From NCBI GenBank assembly GCA_045604285.1, contig JAZUNS010000157.1:1-40726 (forward strand): a DNA stretch of 40,726 bases. The letters are read 5' to 3'. The notes below the pieces were generated by a model. It had not been told where the DNA came from. It made no database searches and saw only the letters and a program-made list of their open reading frames with translations. Every line of letters starts with the position of its first letter. Positions within the stretch are counted from its first letter, which is position 1. Positions 1 through 8,722 of the stretch are shown here, piece by piece. Source of the stretch: Eubacteriales bacterium (GTDB lineage: Bacteria > Bacillota > Clostridia > Oscillospirales > CAG-382). Made by a program: the position numbers and the translations under genes.

Positions 1-271
1 CCATTATTCTCTTGTCAATCAATTGGAGCGTTCTGCCACCTCAATTGGTGCAAATATCCATGAGGCAAATTATGCACACGGAAAGCCTGACTTTATTGCC
101 AAATTGCAAATTGCCTTAAAAGAGTGTTACGAAACTGAATACTGGTTGGAGCTGTTTGTCAAATCCGACATTCTGAACAGAGAAACAACTGTTGATCTCT
201 ATAATCAATGCGGAACGATCCACCGCATCTTGATTGCATCCATCAATACCGCAAAGGAGAGCACGAAATGA
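1..271 (+). CDS. four helix bundle protein (23S rRNA IVP / TIGR02436-like), 5'-truncated by window edge
   Basis: Frame is open from position 2 (HYSLVNQLERSATSIGANIHEA...DFIAKLQIALKECYETEYWLELF), the typical four-helix-bundle family signature. Confidence 0.85.
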   Translation, partial: HYSLVNQLERSATSIGANIHEANYAHGKPDFIAKLQIALKECYETEYWLELFVKSDILNRETTVDLYNQCGTIHRILIASINTAKESTK

Positions 272-558
272 ACTTCTTAACAAAACTGTTTTAGAAGAAA
301 CCCGTGGTAGAAATACCGCCAAGTCCTTCATGGGAAACTGTTGTTGAAATGATGTACGACAAGCATCTTGATGCATTTTCTGATGAAGTTGTAAAAGTGA
401 TTTATTCAAAAGATCGCTCGATCTTTCGCAAAAAACGACAGGCTTCGACCTGTCGTTTTTTTAACTTTGTGCGCCTTGCGGTGCATAAAATGATGCTACC
501 CCTTGTAAAGCATCTGCGGGCACGGAATGGAACGCTTGCAAAAAAAGCTTTATCATAG
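268..558 (+). pseudogene. disrupted hypothetical gene (in-frame TAG at 292-294; 3' part runs into hairpin DNA)
   Basis: ATG at 268 overlaps the upstream TGA (ATGA); MNFLTKLF*KKPVVEIPPSPSWETVVEMMYDK... continues in frame; protein-like character is lost at the terminator at 430. Confidence 0.55.
430..462. terminator. bidirectional intrinsic terminator
   Basis: AAAAAACGACAGG-cttcga-CCTGTCGTTTTTT. Confidence 0.75.
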
Positions 559-612
559 GTAAATCGTTTTAATATCTAAACCGGAAGTTCTGTTGTTGGC
601 AAGAGAATTTTG

Positions 613-641
613 TTGAAATACGGCAGGATTTATGTTATTAT
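613..641 (+). promoter_or_regulatory. sigma-A-type promoter
   Basis: TTGAAA-17bp-TATTAT with TG at the extended -10 position. Confidence 0.45.
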
Positions 642-743
642 AAAATGACGAAAGCGGTTTTATATATCAAAAGGGACCTATACACGTTTCAAGCTATCAT
701 GTCCCCCGAACCAGACTTAAAACAGATAAGTGAGGATAACTAT

Positions 744-1172
744 ATGCTTTCCGGAATAATAGGCGCTAAGTTTAACAGCGTTGGGCGGTTAGATGACTTC
801 CTGTGTTTGTTTTTGGGCGATAATTACTGCTATTACACAAGGTTTGAAGAAGCTGTTTATACAACCGAATTTGTGCTTTTAACCGAACACAAGTGGTGTT
901 TTAAATATAATGGAGATGTGTTGCTGTCTTCTGAAGATTTGGATTTTTGCATTGGTAAAACAGCGCTTACGAAAAATATGTTAGATGCGACGGTTACTGA
1001 ATACCGCCTTTCTCCCCTTAATGATTTGACCGTTGTTTTTTCAAACGGCGTGGTCTTTGAGCAAGTAAGATCTTCAAGCAAAAGCAAAGCGTGGGAACTA
1101 ACAGACCACGTTAACGAAAAAATTGTGTTGTGCAAAGATTGTAATATAGAAGAAAGCGAGCTTGACGCATAG
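744..1172 (+). CDS. hypothetical protein (loosely resembles small immunity-like / DUF6188-like proteins)
   Basis: ORF 645..1172; ATG 744 has a GAGGA RBS, whereas ATG 645 lies only 3 nt past the putative -10; motif DLTVVFSNGVVFE. Confidence 0.6.
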   Translation: MLSGIIGAKFNSVGRLDDFLCLFLGDNYCYYTRFEEAVYTTEFVLLTEHKWCFKYNGDVLLSSEDLDFCIGKTALTKNMLDATVTEYRLSPLNDLTVVFSNGVVFEQVRSSSKSKAWELTDHVNEKIVLCKDCNIEESELDA

Positions 1173-1174
1173 AC

Positions 1175-2023
1175 ATGAGTGAATTTTTAAAAGATTTTTC
1201 CGATTTTATTACCGAAAGCGATATTAACGTTTACAGAATAGCCGTGATGCACGGTGACGGGCAGGCGGAGGCTATTGAGCTTAAGCCCTGCAACCCTTGC
1301 CAGAACGCTTATTCTGTATCCAAGTTTTTTACCCTTACAGCCTTGGGGCTTTTATGGGACGAAGGGAAGCTTGACACAAAGCAATCCGTTGCCGAGCTTC
1401 TTGCCCCGTATTGCCCTGAGGATATGCACCCCACCTGGCACAAGGTTACCGTTGACGCAGCTATCCGCCACCGCTGCGGCTTGCCCGCCGGGTATTTGGA
1501 TATTGACTGTAACAGCACCTACGACTACGGCAGGGATTTTCTTGCCTACGTTTTAAGGACGCCCGTAGAAGAAGACCCCGAATACGCCTACAGCGATGGG
1601 GATTTTTATTTGCTTGCCCGCATAGCGACGGCACTTGCAGGCAAGCCGCTTACGGAATACCTTTGGGAAAAGCTGTTTTTTGACCTTGGATTTCAAGAGG
1701 TTGCCTGGAGCTGTTGTCCCCTTGGCTACGCCATGGGCGCCACGGGGCTTTACCTGCGGACCGAGGACATGGTAAAGCTTGGTGCGCTGTATCTTAACCA
1801 CGGCGTGTTTGGGGGCAAAAGGCTGTTATCGGAAGAATGGGTTAACAAGGTGGTTGAAGAAGGTTATCTTCCCCGTTATTTTCACCAATGCTACGGTCAC
1901 GGCGGAATGTGCGGGCAGATGCTGTTGGTGATGCCGGATAAAGACCTTGCCGTTGCCTGGCAGGGGTTTCACCACAGAAGCGACGAAGTGAAAAAATGGC
2001 TTGACAATTATTTTTATAACTGA
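1175..2023 (+). CDS. serine hydrolase, beta-lactamase class C / NylB-like
   Basis: SxxK (YSVSKF), YxD (YSDGD), GLYLRTEDMVKLG, HGG motifs. Confidence 0.88.
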   Translation: MSEFLKDFSDFITESDINVYRIAVMHGDGQAEAIELKPCNPCQNAYSVSKFFTLTALGLLWDEGKLDTKQSVAELLAPYCPEDMHPTWHKVTVDAAIRHRCGLPAGYLDIDCNSTYDYGRDFLAYVLRTPVEEDPEYAYSDGDFYLLARIATALAGKPLTEYLWEKLFFDLGFQEVAWSCCPLGYAMGATGLYLRTEDMVKLGALYLNHGVFGGKRLLSEEWVNKVVEEGYLPRYFHQCYGHGGMCGQMLLVMPDKDLAVAWQGFHHRSDEVKKWLDNYFYN

Positions 2024-2038
2024 CGGACATAATAAATT

Positions 2039-2581
2039 ATGTATAACCAAACAATATCACTTATAGCCGGCGGATTTACGCTGGGGTTTATGGTAACCAG
2101 CTATCTTTTTAAAAGCAAGCGGATGTATTTGCTTTTTCAAGCTTTAGGACTTGTGTGTATGTTTATATCATATTTATTCATACACGAGTTTTTTGCGATG
2201 ATTGCGCTGACGGTGAGCCTTTCACGCACGGTTACCTTCTTTTGGTACGAAAACAAAAACAAATCGGCACCGGTTGCCCTTGCGTTTTTATTTGCAGCGT
2301 TGACCGTTTGCGCCTTTGGGGTAGTTAATATTATTATTTTAAAGACCGCAAAGCCCCTTGATATTTTATATTTGTGCGCCCAGGTAATGTATAGCTTTAT
2401 GTTTAGAATAAGGGATATTAAGCTGTTTAGAAACCTTGTTATTATCCCCCACGTTTTGGCTATTGCATATAACGTATTGCTGAGGAATGCGCCTTTTGTT
2501 GCCGCATCCTACGGGTTTGAGCTGGTGGCAGACGTATACGCCATAGTCAGACAGCGCTTTACGAAAGGAGAAAAGGCATGA
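2039..2581 (+). CDS. YgjV-like inner membrane protein
   Basis: Multiple hydrophobic helices; N-terminal 'SYLFKSKRMYLLFQ' pattern typical of YgjV. Confidence 0.65.
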   Translation: MYNQTISLIAGGFTLGFMVTSYLFKSKRMYLLFQALGLVCMFISYLFIHEFFAMIALTVSLSRTVTFFWYENKNKSAPVALAFLFAALTVCAFGVVNIIILKTAKPLDILYLCAQVMYSFMFRIRDIKLFRNLVIIPHVLAIAYNVLLRNAPFVAASYGFELVADVYAIVRQRFTKGEKA

Positions 2582-2955
2582 AAAAGCTGACGGCAGTTGT
2601 TTTGTTTTTTTGCCTTGCACTTGCTTTTGCGAGCTGCAGCAACGGGTTTGAAGAGATACTGTACGAGGATACGGAAAAGATTGAGGTATGGTGCTTAAAA
2701 AACGGAGAGCATATTTCCAAAGAGGTTAACGAAAACGCCCGCCGCGAGATACTTAAGCTTTACAACGAAGCCGAATACGCAGGCGATGACGACGGTGTTG
2801 GCACCACGCCCGAGATGGGTATAAGCATATACACCGACGGCAAAATAGTAAGCATTAATTTGTTTAACAGCGAAAAGTTTGAAGTTTACAACGAAGGCAG
2901 GCGCTTTTATATTAAAAGCCCCGTGCTTAAAGAAATACTTAGCAGATTGGTATGA
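2578..2955 (+). CDS. hypothetical lipoprotein
   Basis: AAAGGAG RBS; MKK + hydrophobic core + lipobox FASC. Confidence 0.75.
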   Translation: MKKLTAVVLFFCLALAFASCSNGFEEILYEDTEKIEVWCLKNGEHISKEVNENARREILKLYNEAEYAGDDDGVGTTPEMGISIYTDGKIVSINLFNSEKFEVYNEGRRFYIKSPVLKEILSRLV

Positions 2956-2960
2956 AGAAA

Positions 2961-2984
2961 AGGGTTTCTCAAACGAGAAACCCT
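2961..2984. terminator. hairpin after the lipoprotein gene, abutting the MITE left end
   Basis: AGGGTTTCTC-aaac-GAGAAACCCT. Confidence 0.6.
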
Positions 2985-3210
2985 CAGACCGCTGACAAAC
3001 CCTGTCATCAGCTTGGCAGAGTGCTGAGAAAGAGTGCAGACGAAACGAACCGAGGCGAGAACTGTACAAAAGTACTGTGAGCCGAGGTACGTTTTGAACG
3101 AAAAAATACGATAAATTGCAGAAAAGTCGGGAAGCTTTCCCCACTTTTCAACTTTTTTTGTAATTGATTTTTTTTATTTTTCGTGTTCTGTGCCTTTATC
3201 AGCGGTCTGA
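2984..3210. mobile_element. non-autonomous MITE, IS1182-like ends
   Basis: 16-bp terminal inverted repeats TCAGACCGCTGACAAA / TTTATCAGCGGTCTGA (1 mismatch), no transposase, second partial copy at 31494-31584. Confidence 0.75.
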
Positions 3211-3243
3211 TGGTAGACACTGTGTTTTTAGTGTCTACCATCA
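3208..3243. terminator. hairpin downstream of the gltS-like gene, abutting the MITE right end
   Basis: TGATGGTAGACACT-gtgttttt-AGTGTCTACCATCA. Confidence 0.6.
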
Positions 3244-3280
3244 TTTTAGCATTTCAGTTAAAACAACGGATTTTTTTGTG

Positions 3281-4648
3281 TTACTTACTTTTCTTTTTAT
3301 TTATAAGCATAAACGCCAGCAGCAATGCCAGGTATGCAAATATAATGCCAATGGTTAAGAACACGTTTTTCATTGCCAGACTTACCAGCAATAACACGGG
3401 AGCGCCGAAAACTATACCGAAGGAGCTGCCAAGCACAAGATTGTTTGCAGCGGGTGTTTTCATTTCGGGGTCGATTTCCCTAAGCAGAAGCACGCCGGAG
3501 CTTATGGTGCCGGTCAACATTCCGTACATGGAAACAAAGCCCTCGTAAACGTAACCGGGATAAAGCTTTTTACACATATAAAGCAAATAGTAGAAGGTCG
3601 CTATGCCGCCAAGCACAGCCATAAGAGTAAAGGGCAACCAATAGCCGGTAAGGGCGTTTATATTTATGCCTGCTATGCCTGCAACTATCATAACGTCAAA
3701 GGCAAGGCCCGAAATACGGCTTAACAGATAGTTGTTTTGATATTGGCGGTTCATGATCTTCATGCCCTTAAGGCCCTTCATAATACTTCTGCAAAGCAAG
3801 GCAAGAACGGAACCGATTATAAAGTTAAAGCCCCAAAGGAGAGATGAAACGGTATTTGCCAAGCCCTGGGATATAAGTCCGACAAGCTCGGTAAGCCCCC
3901 AGGTTACACCAAAAGTAAGCAAGTACACCATAGCTACAAGAGCAAACTGCACGCTTAGGCGGTCAACGGATTCGGATATCGGTATTTCGTTACTGTCCTG
4001 GAAAGTATCTATTGTAACGGAACCGGATATTTCCCTTTTATCATTTGCCTTTTTCACTTTGTTTTTACGGTTAAGATAGGTCATGTAGAAAACGCCTACT
4101 ACGCAGGCGCAAAGATACCCTACCGCCGCCAGGGAAAGCCCAAAATTTCTGCCGCCCACCATGCCGTTAATTTCATAGGTGTTACCGACGTTATTTGCCT
4201 GGCCCGGGCCCTGGCCGTATGCCATGGGCAAAAGGATACCGCTTGCCTTAAACAGATCGGGCATTACCGTATATGCCAAGCCTACAGAAACCGCTAAGCC
4301 AACCAGCGCCTGAACCAAATAGGTGCTTACTATCAAAGCTCCGCTTTTGGCACCGCGGGCAGCGTTTTCGCCGCTTTCCTTTTCGGGGATACGCAACGAC
4401 ATGGCAATAAAGCCCAAAGCTATACAGTGGTAAGTTACTTTTTCTAAAAACGCCACGTCTACCGGGAGAACACCCGTTGAACGCAGAACAAGCAAAACAA
4501 AGCCTGCCAAAACGGAGGTAGGCATAAGAGCTGTACGGACAAATTTGACCTTGCGGCGCAAAATATTTGCAAAAAGAATAAACACGGCGATTATGCCGAT
4601 TTGAATTATAGGATTCCACAAAGAACCGTTAGCAGCGGAATAATCCAT
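3281..4648 (-). CDS. sodium:glutamate symporter (GltS/ESS family)
   Basis: ~12 TM helices, re-entrant motifs YGQGPGQA and YGMLTGTISSGVLLLREIDP; GGGAGG RBS. Confidence 0.75.
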   Translation of the reverse strand: MDYSAANGSLWNPIIQIGIIAVFILFANILRRKVKFVRTALMPTSVLAGFVLLVLRSTGVLPVDVAFLEKVTYHCIALGFIAMSLRIPEKESGENAARGAKSGALIVSTYLVQALVGLAVSVGLAYTVMPDLFKASGILLPMAYGQGPGQANNVGNTYEINGMVGGRNFGLSLAAVGYLCACVVGVFYMTYLNRKNKVKKANDKREISGSVTIDTFQDSNEIPISESVDRLSVQFALVAMVYLLTFGVTWGLTELVGLISQGLANTVSSLLWGFNFIIGSVLALLCRSIMKGLKGMKIMNRQYQNNYLLSRISGLAFDVMIVAGIAGININALTGYWLPFTLMAVLGGIATFYYLLYMCKKLYPGYVYEGFVSMYGMLTGTISSGVLLLREIDPEMKTPAANNLVLGSSFGIVFGAPVLLLVSLAMKNVFLTIGIIFAYLALLLAFMLINKKKSK

Positions 4649-4660
4649 ACAAGCCTCCCG

Positions 4661-5776
4661 TTATTTTTTTATTTTTTTAAAATACAAAACGAATTTATAA
4701 GCAGAGTACGGTGCAGGCACCGTTACCTCATAATAGGTACTTCCGTGAGCAAATACTATTGAGCTTTTACCGTGGATCGCTACTTCGCCAACCTCTGCTA
4801 TGGGAGCGGTGACGTCACCGCAGGTGATGGTCTCCGGCGTCATGGAAAGCGTCCCCTTTGCCACTGAAGTTGCGCTTTTTTTATCAATAACAAAAACCTC
4901 GGCGTTAACCGCTTTATATGCTTCACCCGCAGAGGCGTGTTCCTCTGCCAAGCGCCTTTGGGCATCTACGTAATGCTTCAAGGGCTTTCCGTTTAACAGT
5001 CCCTTGGTGTCGTAAACAAGCTTACTGCCGCATTTGGCACATATAAGCTTATCGTCGGCAGTGGTAAGACAATCCTGCCCGCCGCAGTTCGGACAGATAT
5101 ATACAAGCTTTTCCAAGCCCTCAGCAAGCCTTTTGCCCTTATAGGTGGCACCGCTTTCTTCACGGCTTTTTGCGCTGTCCTCATACAGATCACGGTTGAT
5201 TGCAGCGTTGACCTCTTCGTCCGTCATTGAAGCAAGCTGTTCTTTGGTATAGACGTTAACTATTCTGCCGCTTACGTCACCTTTGCGACAGCCGCCCACC
5301 GCCCAAACAGGACTGGCAAGATATCCGCCAACAATTTTATAGGTTACAAGGCCGCAATTTGCCCGCTTTACAAGCTGACCCGTAGACGGAAGAATGGACG
5401 CCGTTACGCCATCCCAACTGCGTACCCCCTCGGCAAAGAGGCAAACGTTGGCACCTTTTTTTACCTTGCGAAGGATTTGCACCACGGTTGAGCCGGCGAC
5501 AGTACCCTTAAACCTTATAATAGGCTCAAAGCCAAAGCTTAAAAAGGCGTAAAGCTTTTTCCAGCGGGTGATATGCTCGCTTGCCACAAAATACATTTGA
5601 TTTTTAAAGCTGGATGCCACAAACAGCGGATCAAAATCCGTAGTGTGATTAGACAGCACAATGTAGTTTGGGGGCAGATCCTTTGCCTTTTGATGCTTGT
5701 ATCCAAACTTAAGCTTAAGATACAGCATTACGGGCAAGCGAAAAGTTTTATAAAAGATTTTATGCTTAAAAGTCAT
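4661..5776 (-). CDS. lysophospholipid (1-acyl-sn-glycerol-3-phosphate) acyltransferase with C-terminal CxxC region
   Basis: NHTTDFD (HxxxxD) and FAEGVRS motifs; CPNC...CAKC. Confidence 0.88.
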   Translation of the reverse strand: MTFKHKIFYKTFRLPVMLYLKLKFGYKHQKAKDLPPNYIVLSNHTTDFDPLFVASSFKNQMYFVASEHITRWKKLYAFLSFGFEPIIRFKGTVAGSTVVQILRKVKKGANVCLFAEGVRSWDGVTASILPSTGQLVKRANCGLVTYKIVGGYLASPVWAVGGCRKGDVSGRIVNVYTKEQLASMTDEEVNAAINRDLYEDSAKSREESGATYKGKRLAEGLEKLVYICPNCGGQDCLTTADDKLICAKCGSKLVYDTKGLLNGKPLKHYVDAQRRLAEEHASAGEAYKAVNAEVFVIDKKSATSVAKGTLSMTPETITCGDVTAPIAEVGEVAIHGKSSIVFAHGSTYYEVTVPAPYSAYKFVLYFKKIKK

Positions 5777-5787
5777 GAAATACCTGC

Positions 5788-6423
5788 CTATTCGTGGGAA
5801 GACTCCTCATTTTGGCTAAGCTCAGCTTCGATCACCTTAAAGCTGACGGAAACGGGTTTAAGGCCGTTGGAATAGCTTAAAGTTACCGTGGCAATCCCGG
5901 GTGCCTTGGCGTAAACCTTTTTACCGCCTACGGCAATAACGTTGGGATCGCTGACCTTCCATACCAGCATGGCGTCCTCAAGCTCAGACCCTTCAATTTG
6001 AGAATACAGCTGAAAGGTCTCGCCCACTGTAATCACGTGATATTCGCCCTCGGGCTGAGGCCACAGCAAAAGATCGGGGATCATCTCGGGCTCCTTTTCG
6101 CTTTCGGAAGCGGAGGGAGGGTCTTCACGCTCCTCCTCGGAGCTTTCGGTCTCCTCGGAACTTTCGGTCTCCTCGGAGCTTTCGATTTCCTCAGAGCTTT
6201 CGGTCTCCTCGGAGCTTTCGGTCTCCTCGGAGCCTTCGGTTTCCTTAGGGCTTTCGGTCTCCTCGGGACTTTCGGTTTCTTCAGAGCTTTCGGTTTTCTC
6301 AGAGCTTTCGGTTTTCTCAGAGGATTCGCTTATTTCGGAAGCGTCGGGAGAATTTGTATCGGAACAAGCAACACCGCAAAAGACGATGGATGCGCACAAA
6401 AGGAATGCTAAAAACTTTTTCAT
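5788..6423 (-). CDS. lipoprotein with acidic Ser/Glu repeat stalk and C-terminal Ig-like (Big_2-like) domain
   Basis: Lipobox VAC; (SEETES)n; VGETFQL...WKVSDPNVIAV...AKAPGIATVT. Confidence 0.78.
   Translation of the reverse strand: MKKFLAFLLCASIVFCGVACSDTNSPDASEISESSEKTESSEKTESSEETESPEETESPKETEGSEETESSEETESSEEIESSEETESSEETESSEEEREDPPSASESEKEPEMIPDLLLWPQPEGEYHVITVGETFQLYSQIEGSELEDAMLVWKVSDPNVIAVGGKKVYAKAPGIATVTLSYSNGLKPVSVSFKVIEAELSQNEESSHE
6133..6323 (-). repeat. 18-bp coding tandem repeat, ~10 imperfect copies
   Basis: Plus-strand unit CTCCTCGGAGCTTTCGGT encoding SEETES variants. Confidence 0.9.
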
Positions 6424-7697
6424 TTTTCGTCCTCCACATACTGTGCCAGTCTGCCGATCTCTTTTTCCTCACACAAAGCTTTTACGCTTATACTTCCGTC
6501 ATCGTTATACTCGGTCTCCAAGACCTCACCAAAAGAATAAAGCAAGGACATTTTGCCTGCTTCGGAATAAGGAAACCTGAAGGATACGGTTTTTCTTCCG
6601 CCCTTAACTATCGTTTCTAAGGTGGAAACAAGGGTGTCAACACCGTTACCCGTAAGAGCCGAAATTTCTACTGCGTCGGCAGGAATAAATTCTCTGTCCA
6701 CAGCCTTATCCATCTTGTTATAAACCCTTATGATAGGCTTATGCTCACCGCAAAGCTCGTCAATAAGCTTTTCGGTAACCTCGGTTTTACGACGGCGGCG
6801 GCTGTCCTCCTCAGAAGCGTCGGTGACGCTGATTATCATATCTGCGTATTTAAGCTCGTCTAAGGTTGATTTGAACGCTTTTATCAAATGGTGGGGCAAA
6901 CCGTCAATAAACCCTACGGTATCCGTAAGCAAAACCTCTTCCCCGCCCTCGGTAGTCAAAAGCCTTGTGGTGGGGTCAAGGGTGGCAAAAAGCTTGTTTT
7001 CTGCCAAAATGCCCGCATCGGTAAGATAATTTAAAAGGGTGGATTTACCGCTGTTGGTGTACCCCACTATTACCGCACTTTTTATAGACTTTTTATCACG
7101 GGCGGCACGCTTTGTAAGACGGGTACGCTCCATTTCTTTAAGCTCTGCCTCCAATGCGGCAATACGGCGCTTTATGTGCCTGCGGTCGCTTTCCAGCTTG
7201 CTTTCACCGGGGCCGCGGGTACCGATACCGCCGCCAAGGCGGGAAAGCTCTTTACCCTTGCCCGTAAGGCGGGGCGCCGTATAGCGCAGGCACGCTATTT
7301 CTACCTGCATCTTTCCTTCACCCGTTACGGCGTGAAGGGCAAATATATCCAAAATAAGCATTGTACGGTCGATGACCCTAACGCCTACGATCTCTTCAAG
7401 GTTATTAAGCTGCGACGGAGAAAGCTCGTTATCAAAAACCACCAGGTCTATATCCCCGTCTTTTTCTATAAAATCGGCTATCTCCTTTGCCTTGCCTGAG
7501 CCGATATACGTTTTTGTATTGGGAGACTCTAAATTCTGCACTACCCTTGCTACGGTAGTGCCGCCTGCAGTCTCAAGCAGGCTTTCAAGCTCGTCTAAGG
7601 ACAGCTCGGAAAGGAAGGGGTCGCCCATGCATACGGAAACCAAAACGCCCCTTGCGCTTTTCTCTGCTAATGCATTATTCTCTTCGTTTATCAGCAT
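6420..7697 (-). CDS. hflX: ribosome rescue GTPase HflX
   Basis: GIGTRGPGESKLE, GYTNSGKST, LFATLD, DTVGF, NKMD motifs. Confidence 0.97.
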   Translation of the reverse strand: MLINEENNALAEKSARGVLVSVCMGDPFLSELSLDELESLLETAGGTTVARVVQNLESPNTKTYIGSGKAKEIADFIEKDGDIDLVVFDNELSPSQLNNLEEIVGVRVIDRTMLILDIFALHAVTGEGKMQVEIACLRYTAPRLTGKGKELSRLGGGIGTRGPGESKLESDRRHIKRRIAALEAELKEMERTRLTKRAARDKKSIKSAVIVGYTNSGKSTLLNYLTDAGILAENKLFATLDPTTRLLTTEGGEEVLLTDTVGFIDGLPHHLIKAFKSTLDELKYADMIISVTDASEEDSRRRRKTEVTEKLIDELCGEHKPIIRVYNKMDKAVDREFIPADAVEISALTGNGVDTLVSTLETIVKGGRKTVSFRFPYSEAGKMSLLYSFGEVLETEYNDDGSISVKALCEEKEIGRLAQYVEDEK

Positions 7698-7719
7698 ATA
7701 AAAACCCCTCTTCCACTAT

Positions 7720-7750
7720 AAAAAAGGCAACGCTTTGCGTTGCCTTTTTT
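7720..7750 (-). terminator. intrinsic terminator after rpmE
   Basis: AAAAAAGGCAACGC-ttt-GCGTTGCCTTTTTT. Confidence 0.8.
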
Positions 7751-7763
7751 AATACTATGCCAA

Positions 7764-7964
7764 TTAGTTCAAATTGTACTTCTTCTTAAATTTGTCAACG
7801 CGTCCGCCGGAATCAACAAACTTCTGTTTACCGGTAAAGAACGGATGGCACTTGGAGCATATATCAACCTTGAGATCGCTCTTGGTAGATATGGTTTCCA
7901 TTTCCGCACCACAAGCACATCTTACAGTGACTTTATTCAGTTTAGGATGGATGCCTTCTTTCAT
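7764..7964 (-). CDS. rpmE: 50S ribosomal protein L31 (zinc-binding C+ form)
   Basis: MKEGIHP...CACG...[13 protein letters not shown]...[10 protein letters not shown]. Confidence 0.98.
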   Translation of the reverse strand: MKEGIHPKLNKVTVRCACGAEMETISTKSDLKVDICSKCHPFFTGKQKFVDSGGRVDKFKKKYNLN

Positions 7965-8012
7965 TTAACTTCCCTCACTTCCTATAGCATAATCATTCTT
8001 TTCACAAAGTGC

Positions 8013-8041
8013 AGTATAACACAGCGAAACGCAAAAATCAA
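8013..8041 (-). promoter_or_regulatory. sigma-A promoter of rpmE
   Basis: TTGATT-17bp-TATACT with extended TG. Confidence 0.6.
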
Positions 8042-8065
8042 TAGTTTTTTTATTTTTATTAAGAT

Positions 8066-8689
8066 TTATTTTTTATAAGCCAAAAACATGGATACAACGC
8101 AGGCAAGCTCGAAAACTATAAGAGCTACGCTTTGGGCGATGTTTAGCTTTTTAATTTTAACGTTGGCGATAAAGGCTATGCCCACTGCAAGATACACAAG
8201 GTCGAACACCAAATTAACTACAAGGTGATTTGCAACCAAGGCGTTAAGTATCATAAGCGGAGGCAATACCATGCAAGAAAAAGGAACGGGCACGCCGGTA
8301 AACGCTTTCATGTTAAGGTCGGGGGTTTCTTCTATAGCCTGGGTATTGAAATACGCAAGCCTTATGGCGGCGCAGGCGGCGTAAACTATGTAAACAGCCA
8401 TGTCATACCAGCTTTTAAAGCCGCAGTTATAAGCGATAACAACGGGAGCTATACCGAAGGAAACCATATCGCACACGGTGTCTATCTGTATGCCGAAAAG
8501 CTTTTCCTTACGGGTTCTGCTGCCTGCTCCGCGGGCAATTCTGCCGTCGAACATATCGCAAAGGCCGGAAAGCAAAAACATACAAACCGCCAATAAAATA
8601 TTTGTTGATGAAGAAAAACAAGCAACTATTGCCGAAGCAAGACCCAGCAGTGTTACAAAGTTGGCTAAATTATACACGCCTATAAACAT
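8066..8689 (-). CDS. pssA: CDP-alcohol phosphatidyltransferase (phosphatidylserine synthase-like)
   Basis: DMFDGRIAR...FGIQIDTVCDMVSFG, IRLAYFN, FTGVP; start moved to ATG 8689 (GAGAGG RBS). Confidence 0.85.
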   Translation of the reverse strand: MFIGVYNLANFVTLLGLASAIVACFSSSTNILLAVCMFLLSGLCDMFDGRIARGAGSRTRKEKLFGIQIDTVCDMVSFGIAPVVIAYNCGFKSWYDMAVYIVYAACAAIRLAYFNTQAIEETPDLNMKAFTGVPVPFSCMVLPPLMILNALVANHLVVNLVFDLVYLAVGIAFIANVKIKKLNIAQSVALIVFELACVVSMFLAYKK

Positions 8690-8722
8690 AATATTATAAC
8701 CTCTCAAATCATTGTCATGTTC

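Noticed and set aside
1-271. Four-helix-bundle gene as DGR Avd or 23S rRNA intervening sequence
   Set aside because: No reverse transcriptase, TR/VR pair or rRNA sequence in the window
1175-2023. True beta-lactamase resistance gene
   Set aside because: No signal peptide; motifs fit cytoplasmic esterase/amidase members of the family
2695-3548. Short ORFs spanning the MITE, and ORF 31552-31737
   Set aside because: Arise from repeat DNA or lie antisense to real genes; no coding signals
7965-8012. L31 autoregulatory leader
   Set aside because: Short leader without a structure I can support by eye; needs an Rfam scan
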